From assembly GCA_017450205.1 (NCBI GenBank), contig JAFSVF010000001.1:75189-139188 (forward strand): a stretch of DNA of 64,000 nt. The letters run 5' to 3'. Shown in pieces: positions 26,439-35,048 of this stretch. A program made the translations under genes and the position numbers. Position 1 is the first letter of the stretch; each line of letters opens with the position of its first letter. This stretch comes from Bacilli bacterium. Lineage in GTDB: Bacteria > Bacillota_I > Bacilli_A > RF39 > UBA660. The notes beneath the pieces are model-generated. The model was given only the letters and a program-made list of their open reading frames with translations. It was not told the DNA's origin and did no database searches.

Positions 26439-26511
26439 TTGAAAGCTTCCACTTCGAAGCTGTCAAACTATTTAACCCTCTAAGAAGATTGTACGCAAGC
26501 ATACATTCTTC
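26439..26511 (-). promoter_or_regulatory. Candidate oriT and mob promoter region (two imperfect palindromes)
   Basis: IR-A at 26484-26511 is a 13-bp-arm palindrome centred on GCTTGC (minus strand). IR-B at 26439-26466 (TTGACAGCTTC..GAAGCTTTCAA on the minus strand) contains a TTGACA -35 box. Confidence 0.4.
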
Positions 26512-26516
26512 ACGGG

Positions 26517-26780
26517 CTAAGGATTCTCCTTAGAAACCTTTTTCTTAGCATCATCTTTTAACAACTCTAACTTAATTGGCTTAACTGGAACTTCATCTAA
26601 ACTTAAATATGGATTAAATTCATCTACATCAGCTGGGATATATTTAAATAACTTATCAATATTTTTTTTATCTTTGTAGATTTCAATCTTATCTGGTTCA
26701 ATATAAATAATACCCATTTTAGCTTCTTCAACTATTTCTTTATCTCCATAATCCTCTAGCGGGAAAACTCTAACTACCAT
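26517..26780 (-). CDS. Hypothetical small acidic protein
   Basis: An ORF between the recombinase and mob genes. No obvious SD and no motif. Confidence 0.35.
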   Translation of the reverse strand: MVVRVFPLEDYGDKEIVEEAKMGIIYIEPDKIEIYKDKKNIDKLFKYIPADVDEFNPYLSLDEVPVKPIKLELLKDDAKKKVSKENP

Positions 26781-26842
26781 TAGATTTTTTGTTATGTTAT
26801 CAATATGTAATACTTTATCTCTTATATAGAATGTTGATTCTC

Positions 26843-28468
<1,626 letters not shown>

Positions 28469-28487
28469 TTATCTCAACTCCTTTTAC

Positions 28488-28539
28488 AAAAAAAGAGGAG
28501 ACAGTAGTGCATATAAGTCTATGTACTACTGACTCCTCT
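28488..28539 (-). terminator. Strong rho-independent terminator immediately upstream of the recombinase SD
   Basis: On the minus strand, AGAGGAGTCAGTAGTACATA / TATGCACTACTGTCTCCTCT pairs at 18 of 20 positions, followed by T7. Confidence 0.7.
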
Positions 28540-28590
28540 ATATAAATCAATATTATAAATTTTAAATTTGAATTTTTTGTTCAAATCCAT
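28519..28590 (-). CDS. Candidate 23-codon leader ORF (MDLNKKFKFKIYNIDLYRGVSST)
   Basis: Strong SD AAAGGAGGTG lies 4 nt before the ATG at 28590. The last 7 codons and the TAG stop form the 5' arm of the terminator hairpin. Confidence 0.3.
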   Translation of the reverse strand: MDLNKKFKFKIYNIDLYRGVSST

Positions 28591-28635
28591 GATGCACCTC
28601 CTTTTTCTAGAAAGTACTTCTTTCATTGGTTATTT

Positions 28636-28663
28636 ATAATATCACAGTTATTTTTAAAGTCAA
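28636..28663 (-). promoter_or_regulatory. Candidate promoter for the leader ORF and recombinase
   Basis: On the minus strand: TTGACT, a 16-nt spacer ending in TGA, then TATTAT. Confidence 0.45.
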
Positions 28664-28667
28664 TAGT

Positions 28668-28940
28668 TTATAGGCTTTTAATATATTCTTGAAATTCACT
28701 AAACTTAAGCTTCTTTTCTAGATTTCTAACAAATATATCTCTTGAATGATTAAAAGCAAAGAATATAGTATTTTTAATAATTATCATGTTTGGCTCAATA
28801 TAGCATAAGTTAGTCTTATCAATAGAATGAATAAATCCATTTTTGATAATACATTTAATATTGAGATACTTACAAGCAAATTCAATTCTTTCTTTTAATT
28901 CATCTTCAATAGGAACTTCTGTAGTTATAATGTTTAACAT
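28668..28940 (-). CDS. Hypothetical protein (90 aa)
   Basis: Trimmed to the Met at 28940, because the longer ORF runs through the tRNA terminators and into tRNA-Leu. No motif recognised. Confidence 0.35.
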   Translation of the reverse strand: MLNIITTEVPIEDELKERIEFACKYLNIKCIIKNGFIHSIDKTNLCYIEPNMIIIKNTIFFAFNHSRDIFVRNLEKKLKFSEFQEYIKSL

Positions 28941-29005
28941 AAAAACACCATCCTTTCTAGAAGATGGTGCTATATCACAAAAAAACTTATGATTTCTCAT
29001 AAGTT
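28941..29005 (-). terminator. Two tandem rho-independent terminators downstream of the tRNA pair
   Basis: On the minus strand: AACTTATGA / TCATAAGTT followed by T7 (28979-29005), then CACCATC / GATGGTG followed by T5 (28941-28970). Confidence 0.6.
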
Positions 29006-29048
29006 CTATATAGTTAACATTCAGAAAAGTTCCGAATGTATTTAACCC

Positions 29049-29133
29049 TGGTGCGGGTAACAGGAGTTGAACCTGCACGGAGTAATCCACTAGATCCTAA
29101 GTCTAGCGCGTCTGCCAATTTCGCCATACCCGC
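29049..29133 (-). tRNA. tRNA-Leu (anticodon TAG)
   Basis: Folded by hand. Acceptor GCGGGTA/TACCCGC, anticodon loop CTTAGGA, long variable arm, encoded CCA. Confidence 0.9.
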
Positions 29134-29138
29134 AGTCA

Positions 29139-29215
29139 TGGTGGATCTTCGGGGACTCGAACCCAGGACCGCCCGGTTATGAGCCGGATGCTCTAACCAA
29201 CTGAGCTAAAGATCC
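29139..29215 (-). tRNA. tRNA with CAT anticodon (elongator Met or lysidine-dependent Ile2)
   Basis: Acceptor GGATCTT/AAGATCC, anticodon loop CTCATAA, encoded CCA. It is not initiator-like: there is no 1:72 mismatch and no GGG/CCC anticodon stem. Confidence 0.9.
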
Positions 29216-29226
29216 ATGACTACTTA

Positions 29227-29255
29227 AATATATCATATTTATTTTTGGGGTGCAA
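29227..29255 (-). promoter_or_regulatory. Candidate promoter of the tRNA pair
   Basis: On the minus strand: TTGCAC, a 17-nt spacer ending in TGA, then TATATT, about 11 nt before the tRNA 5' end. Confidence 0.5.
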
Positions 29256-29366
29256 TAAAAAGTTAATTGAAATAATCAATTTTCCTTTATATATAAGGAT
29301 TGCCAAAAAATTTGCATTTTTTTAAAAAAGTGCTATAATAGGTCACATCTCAAGGGGGAAAAGGTT

Positions 29367-30986
29367 ATGAGAAGAGTAAAATCAATTATATTCGCAATGT
29401 TAATTGCAATCGTAATTGGATTTGCTGGATTAGGATCTGTACTAGCAGCAACTAATTTACCAAGTTCAATTAAAACTGCTGACTTAACTGGTAACGGTAA
29501 GTATAAGACAGTTAACTACATCAATGCTACTGCAGCTGATGGAAAGAAATATACATATCCTATCATTGTTAAGAAAACAACTGAAGGAAAATATGTATAT
29601 TGTATGGAATTAGATTCCACATTTAGTTACAACTTAGATTTTAAAAAGACAGGAAAAGTTGATGATGGATTTATTTCAATTATCAATGCAAATCTTAATA
29701 CCGGAGATGCTAATAAAGATTTCTATATCAAACAATTAGCAGTTTGGTATTATATGGACTATGTAAATGGTAATAATGCAAACTTAGAACCAAGTTTAAA
29801 AAATTATATCATTTATCATTCAAAAGACAGTAAAAGAGAAAACTATGATGTATGTAAAAAAGTAATTGATCTATTAAATGGAGCAATTAGTTACAAACAA
29901 GCAACTGGCTCAATTGATTTAGTTGCTGACCATGTTACTTTCTCAATTGTTGATGGATACTATGTATCTTCAGAAATAGTTGTTAAAGCTAACAATGTTA
30001 AAAATATTAAATATTCTTTAACAAATACTCCAAAAGGAAGCCAAGTTGTTAAAAGTACAAATGGTGTTAAAGTAAAAGTTCCAGTATCTGCTATTGCAGC
30101 TGGACAAAAATTAACATTTAAATTAAATGTTAAAGCTGATTCTACTAAAGAAACAGCATACTATTATTTCCATTCTGCTAAATATCAAAAATTACTTTAT
30201 AGCGAAACTGAAACTTCAACTATAAATCATAATGATGAATTAGAAATGGTAATAGCAAATGTTAACTATACAGTTAATATTAGTAAAACTGATGTAACTC
30301 AAGCTAAAGAAGTTGCTGGAGCTACATTAGAAGTTAAAGATGAAAAGGGAACATTAATTGAAAAATGGATATCTACTAATGAAACTCATAAAATCACTTT
30401 ACAACCTGGTAAATATTCATTAACTGAAACTATTGCACCAGCTGGATACAAATTAAGTAAAACTACTATTAACTTCATGATTGATGTTACTGGTAAAATT
30501 TATGTTAAAGATTCAAATGGTGTTTATACTAAAGTTGATAAAGTAGTTATGATTAACGAATTAGAAGATCAAGTTTCAATTGCAAAATTAGATAGTGAAA
30601 CTGGAAAACAAATAGCTGGTGCTAAACTAGTTATTAAAGATTCTAACGGATATGTAGTATCTGAATTCACATCTACTGATAAAATGTATTCAATTACATT
30701 AAAGAGTGGTGTATATACTTTATACGAAGTAGAAGCTCCACAAGGTTACCAATTAAGTAAGGACGTTGTTACATTCAAATTATTAGACGATGGAACAGTT
30801 CAAGTTCTTAACGGAAATGGTAAATATGAAGATGTAGTATATGTTTCTTTCTACAATACAAAGAAACCTACAGAAGAAGTAGAAGTTCCTTCAACAGGCA
30901 AAAACGCAACATTATTATTAATTAGTGGTCTTGCATTATTAATTGGTGGAGCAATCTATGTTAAGAAATCTATCAAAGAATGCTAA
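29367..30986 (+). CDS. Cell-wall-anchored adhesin with a thioester (TQXA/TED-like) domain, CnaB/SpaA-type repeats and a VPSTG sorting signal
   Basis: Signal peptide. YVYCMELD Cys motif and KQLAVW (compare TQxA[IV]W). Two SpaA-like repeats (AGATLEVKDEKG..YSLTETIAPAGYKL and AGAKLVIKDSNG..YTLYEVEAPQGYQL). C-terminal VPSTG, a hydrophobic stretch and a KKSIKEC tail. Confidence 0.75.
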   Translation: MRRVKSIIFAMLIAIVIGFAGLGSVLAATNLPSSIKTADLTGNGKYKTVNYINATAADGKKYTYPIIVKKTTEGKYVYCMELDSTFSYNLDFKKTGKVDDGFISIINANLNTGDANKDFYIKQLAVWYYMDYVNGNNANLEPSLKNYIIYHSKDSKRENYDVCKKVIDLLNGAISYKQATGSIDLVADHVTFSIVDGYYVSSEIVVKANNVKNIKYSLTNTPKGSQVVKSTNGVKVKVPVSAIAAGQKLTFKLNVKADSTKETAYYYFHSAKYQKLLYSETETSTINHNDELEMVIANVNYTVNISKTDVTQAKEVAGATLEVKDEKGTLIEKWISTNETHKITLQPGKYSLTETIAPAGYKLSKTTINFMIDVTGKIYVKDSNGVYTKVDKVVMINELEDQVSIAKLDSETGKQIAGAKLVIKDSNGYVVSEFTSTDKMYSITLKSGVYTLYEVEAPQGYQLSKDVVTFKLLDDGTVQVLNGNGKYEDVVYVSFYNTKKPTEEVEVPSTGKNATLLLISGLALLIGGAIYVKKSIKEC

Positions 30987-31593
30987 GATAACAATTAGCG
31001 TTCTTTTTGCTTTTATGGGGTTGTGCTTAATATGTTTTACTTACTTTGATTCAATGAAGGTTAAAGTTTTTGATAATAAAAACAGAAGTCTAGTTGAGCA
31101 AGTAGTAGAATTTGATGAAGATGCTGGTCAAGAATTATCTTTAAGTGAAGATGAAGAAGAAGCTCCTGTTACTGCTGGTAATGGAAGATATGATTACATT
31201 GGATACTTAAAAATTAGTGAAATTAACTTAGATAAAGGATTTACATCACTTGATAATCCATATAACTATGTTAATTACAATGTTCAATTGATTAAAGGTT
31301 CTGATATGCCTAACGTAAAAAATGGTAATTTAATACTAGCAGGGCATAACGGAACATCTTCAGTTGGTTACTTTAATAAGTTACACACATTAAATTTAGG
31401 TGCAACTGCACAAGTTGTGTATAATAATAAAACTTATACATATAAATTAGTTGATATATATAATGTTGTGAAAGATGGAACTGTAGAAATTACTAGAGAT
31501 CCTAGAGTAAAAACATTAACTTTAATTACATGTACATTCCAAAGTAACACTGAACAAACAGTATTTGTATTTGAGTTAATAAATGAAGGATAA
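30958..31593 (+). CDS. Sortase-family transpeptidase
   Basis: ATG at 30958 after the GGTGGAG SD, overlapping the adhesin 3' end. N-terminal TM, His motif LILAGHNGT, Cys motif TLITC. There is no Arg downstream of the Cys. Confidence 0.7.
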   Translation: MLRNLSKNAKITISVLFAFMGLCLICFTYFDSMKVKVFDNKNRSLVEQVVEFDEDAGQELSLSEDEEEAPVTAGNGRYDYIGYLKISEINLDKGFTSLDNPYNYVNYNVQLIKGSDMPNVKNGNLILAGHNGTSSVGYFNKLHTLNLGATAQVVYNNKTYTYKLVDIYNVVKDGTVEITRDPRVKTLTLITCTFQSNTEQTVFVFELINEG

Positions 31594-31622
31594 AAAGGGA
31601 ATATAATAAATGGGGGTTTATT

Positions 31623-32303
31623 ATGAAAGAATTATCAATATTAGAAATTATTAGTACTGCATTTAATGCAGCTAAAGATTCAAAAGTACTAGTTCTAATT
31701 GGATTAGAAATACTTATATTACTAATTCATTTAGGATTTAGTAAATTAATAGATAAGAAGTTAAATAATAGAGTATGCTTAGCATCTAGTTTATTATTAC
31801 TTGGTTTCTATTTAGTTAATTATATTAATACAATCTTAGTTTTTGTTAATAATGTATCTGCTAAAGTTATAGAGTTAATTTATTTTCCTACAACTTTAGA
31901 GTTCATAGTTGTGATGATTCTTTCAATTATCATAAGCTTATATACATTATTAAAATCTAAAAAAACAGGTTTAAAAATAATTAATGTATTAGTACCATCT
32001 ATTATTTCATTCTTATTCTTCTGTATCATTGAGAATGTAAATTCTCTTGGTATAGACTTTAACGAATTTAGTGTATTTACTGATTCAACTTTAATGAGTT
32101 TTCATGAACTTGCAATGGGATTGTTTATCTCATGGTTAGTAGGATTAGTTCTTTATAGAATTGATACATACTTAATTAATAAAGCAGTTAGTGAAGTATA
32201 TGATATCGATTACAAATATTCAACTGTTAATTCATTAACAATTGATGAAGTAAATAACGAAGTTGAAGAAGATTTAGATATGCCTAAATTAAAAACAAAC
32301 TAA
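31623..32303 (+). CDS. Polytopic membrane protein, unknown function
   Basis: About 6 TM helices and an acidic C-terminus. Confidence 0.45.
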   Translation: MKELSILEIISTAFNAAKDSKVLVLIGLEILILLIHLGFSKLIDKKLNNRVCLASSLLLLGFYLVNYINTILVFVNNVSAKVIELIYFPTTLEFIVVMILSIIISLYTLLKSKKTGLKIINVLVPSIISFLFFCIIENVNSLGIDFNEFSVFTDSTLMSFHELAMGLFISWLVGLVLYRIDTYLINKAVSEVYDIDYKYSTVNSLTIDEVNNEVEEDLDMPKLKTN

Positions 32304-32330
32304 AATGGATTTAAAAAAATCCATTTTTTT
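32302..32330 (+). terminator. Rho-independent terminator
   Basis: AAAATGGAT / ATCCATTTT stem followed by a T-run. Confidence 0.6.
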
Positions 32331-32394
32331 ATGTAAAGTATTTAATTTTTTATTGTTTATTGATATACTTATACTAGAATAGGAGATGTGTAAT

Positions 32395-33246
32395 ATGAAT
32401 AATGACACAACTAATATAGTTCCTGGAACTCCAACAGAACCAGTAACACCAGATGCAATTTCAACTCCAGTTGAAACTGCTATTCAAGAACAACCATCAA
32501 TTTCATTTGATAGTCCAGTTGAAGCACCAAAAGAGGAACTAGTAAAAAATGAAGAAGTTAAAGATGAAACACCAGTTGAACCTGTTGTAGAAGCAGCTCC
32601 AGTTGTAGAACAACCAGTTGATGAAACACCAGTTGAACCTGTTACTCCAATATCTGAAGAAACTCCAGTAGCAATTGAAGAACCAGTTGCATCACCTACA
32701 GCTCCAGTTGTAGAAGATGTTCCTGTAGCTGAAGAAGTTCCTACACCAATTGAAGAAGGAGCACCAGTAGTAGAAGCTCCAAGTGCAGTAGAGGAAACAA
32801 CACCAGTTGTAGAACCAACTCCAATAGTAGATATTTCACCTGTAGTTATGGAAGAAAATGAACCTACTGTAGAAGCAGCTCAACCAGTTGAAACTCAAGC
32901 TACTGCTCTAGCAGCACCTATAGCTCCAGTTGAAAGTACTCCAATTGTTGATGCACCAGCATCACAACCAATGGAAGTACCAGCACCACAACCAATAGAA
33001 GCACCAGCTCCTATAACAGATGGACAAAATTTAGTTGATAATAATACGCCAGCTCCAATTGCAGAGACTCCAGCACCAGTAACACAAGAAATAACTCCTG
33101 CTGATCCAACTGCAACACAAGCTACATTAAATTCAGAAGTAAATGTTAAACCAAATAATACTACAAAATATATTTTAATTGGAATAATTATTCTTGGTAT
33201 TATTGCATGTGCGGCTGTGTTAATTTCAACAATTCTAGGAAAATAA
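32395..33246 (+). CDS. Acidic Pro/Val/Glu-rich repeat protein with a single C-terminal TM helix
   Basis: ATG at 32395 after AGGAGA. No signal peptide. ETPVEPV-type repeats, including a duplicated 24-nt unit at about 32563 and 32617. The C-terminus ends ILIGIIILGIIACAAVLISTILGK. Confidence 0.5.
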   Translation: MNNDTTNIVPGTPTEPVTPDAISTPVETAIQEQPSISFDSPVEAPKEELVKNEEVKDETPVEPVVEAAPVVEQPVDETPVEPVTPISEETPVAIEEPVASPTAPVVEDVPVAEEVPTPIEEGAPVVEAPSAVEETTPVVEPTPIVDISPVVMEENEPTVEAAQPVETQATALAAPIAPVESTPIVDAPASQPMEVPAPQPIEAPAPITDGQNLVDNNTPAPIAETPAPVTQEITPADPTATQATLNSEVNVKPNNTTKYILIGIIILGIIACAAVLISTILGK

Positions 33247-33299
33247 TAAAGAAATAATTTAACAAAAAAATAAGGATTTAGTTTAAAACTAAATCCTTT

Positions 33300-34934
33300 T
33301 TATTCTTTAATTTGAACAGCGTGTAGAACAACTCTATCAGATGTACCAACACAAGAAGACAAAGTAATTATTCTATCACTAGCATTTACATTAGTATTAA
33401 AGTTATATATACTTCTTGATTTAACCATATTTACAAAATCAGTAAATTCTTGATCAGAATCAAAATTAGTTGTTAAGTAGTCATTAGTTGGAGTAGTTCT
33501 ATAAATTGAGAATACTTTCCATGTTGTAGATTCATCTTTAGTATTAAAACTAATTATATAATTATTTTCATTCTTATACCAAGAAGGAGATAGAGTATTC
33601 TTTAAAGTACCAAACATAATTCCTGATCTAACATTATGTCCATAAATAATGGTATTTTTATCTAAACTTGTTGGATTATTTCTATAATCCATAAATATCC
33701 AACCCATAGTATTATGCCATTTTTTATAATCGTGTTCTAGATAATAATTATTATCTTTACTTTGTACAACTGGATAATCAATCTTTGTATTGTTAACTTT
33801 AACCCAACCAACTGTTTCATTATTAATCTTTAATAAATCTTTAATTACTCTAGAATAATCAGCGTAGTAAGTAGCCCAGTACTTTTCTTTTCTAATAGCA
33901 CTTGAACTAAAATCATCTTTATCTAAGAAATTAATATCATGTTCATTATCATCGATAGTTGGTTCATTATTTATATTAATTAAATTATTAATATTATCTA
34001 ATTGATCATTTATATTTTGTTCATCAATATATTGATTATAAGTTGTTATTCCAGCATATATTCCAATTAATGAAAGAACAATAAATAATATAGTACAAAC
34101 AAGTTTTATATTTATTTCCTTTAAGAAATTTAATACTTTATATTCTTTAGAATATTCTAATCTAAAAGTAATATTATTCTTTTCAATATATTTTTTATAT
34201 TGTTTCTTAATATAACTAATTACTTGGAATATTTCGTTAGTATCATTATCTTTTTCATTAATATATATTCTTATATTTTTTTCATCATTTTTCTTTAAGT
34301 ATTCTAAGATAGTAAGTAGTGTTTCATTAGAATACTTAATAATTCTTATTTGTTTTAACTTATTATTAATTGATAAGAAAAAGTCTATATCATTAATAAC
34401 TTGATTATCCATCTCAACACTAATAATAAGTTCTTTTTTATAATAGAAGTCTGTATATGAATTTAAATGATTATCAGTTAAGAATACATTACTTTTCTTA
34501 ATTGTATGTCTTGTAAGAATTTTAATATTCTTTTTATCCAGAAGTTCAATTATATATCTTGGACATTCAAAGCAATCAATTTTTTTAAGATTCTTAAATG
34601 ATAATAGTTTTTCTAGTATTTCTGGAGTTATTAGACAATCATCAATAAAGTTAATCTTTTCGATTGTATTAAAGTTTTTAACTAAATCTAGATATATTAA
34701 ATCCATATCAGTATCTTTAATAACACATGATTTAACTTGATACTTAAGTACAATTAAATTTAAAAAGTTAAGTACAATATCATAGTTTTTTCTTATATAT
34801 GAAAAAGAAAATACAAGATCATCTGCAGTAATAACATTAGTGTTATTTAACTTCTTTTCATCTACAGTTTTTTGTACTTTTGAAACATATAAAATTTTAC
34901 TTATAATTTTAAATTTTATGTTGTAGTTCATCAT
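33300..34934 (-). CDS. Class-B-like sortase with a long N-terminal cytoplasmic extension
   Basis: The C-terminal half carries VGWVKVNNTKIDYPVVQSKDNNYYLEHD, TIIYGHNVRSGIMFG, TLSSC and DRVVLHA. One TM lies near residues 275-300. The preceding ~275 aa are a leucine-rich region of unknown type. Confidence 0.7.
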   Translation of the reverse strand: MMNYNIKFKIISKILYVSKVQKTVDEKKLNNTNVITADDLVFSFSYIRKNYDIVLNFLNLIVLKYQVKSCVIKDTDMDLIYLDLVKNFNTIEKINFIDDCLITPEILEKLLSFKNLKKIDCFECPRYIIELLDKKNIKILTRHTIKKSNVFLTDNHLNSYTDFYYKKELIISVEMDNQVINDIDFFLSINNKLKQIRIIKYSNETLLTILEYLKKNDEKNIRIYINEKDNDTNEIFQVISYIKKQYKKYIEKNNITFRLEYSKEYKVLNFLKEINIKLVCTILFIVLSLIGIYAGITTYNQYIDEQNINDQLDNINNLININNEPTIDDNEHDINFLDKDDFSSSAIRKEKYWATYYADYSRVIKDLLKINNETVGWVKVNNTKIDYPVVQSKDNNYYLEHDYKKWHNTMGWIFMDYRNNPTSLDKNTIIYGHNVRSGIMFGTLKNTLSPSWYKNENNYIISFNTKDESTTWKVFSIYRTTPTNDYLTTNFDSDQEFTDFVNMVKSRSIYNFNTNVNASDRIITLSSCVGTSDRVVLHAVQIKE

Positions 34935-35048
34935 ATACTCCTATTATATATTTAATATTATCATGATTAAAAATTTATTTAAAGATTTTAGAAATAATTT
35001 TTATTCTATATGCTATAATTAAAGCAATAAGAAGATAAGGTGATCAGG

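Noticed and set aside
28668-29090. The 140-aa ORF as given in the track.
   Set aside because: Its first 50 codons run antisense through two intrinsic terminators and overlap tRNA-Leu. I trimmed it to the Met at 28940, and even that gene is weakly supported.
29049-29133. tRNA-Leu as the att site of the element, in the manner of a tyrosine integrase.
   Set aside because: No tyrosine integrase is present, and I saw no duplicated tRNA 3' segment elsewhere in the window. The adjacency may be coincidental.
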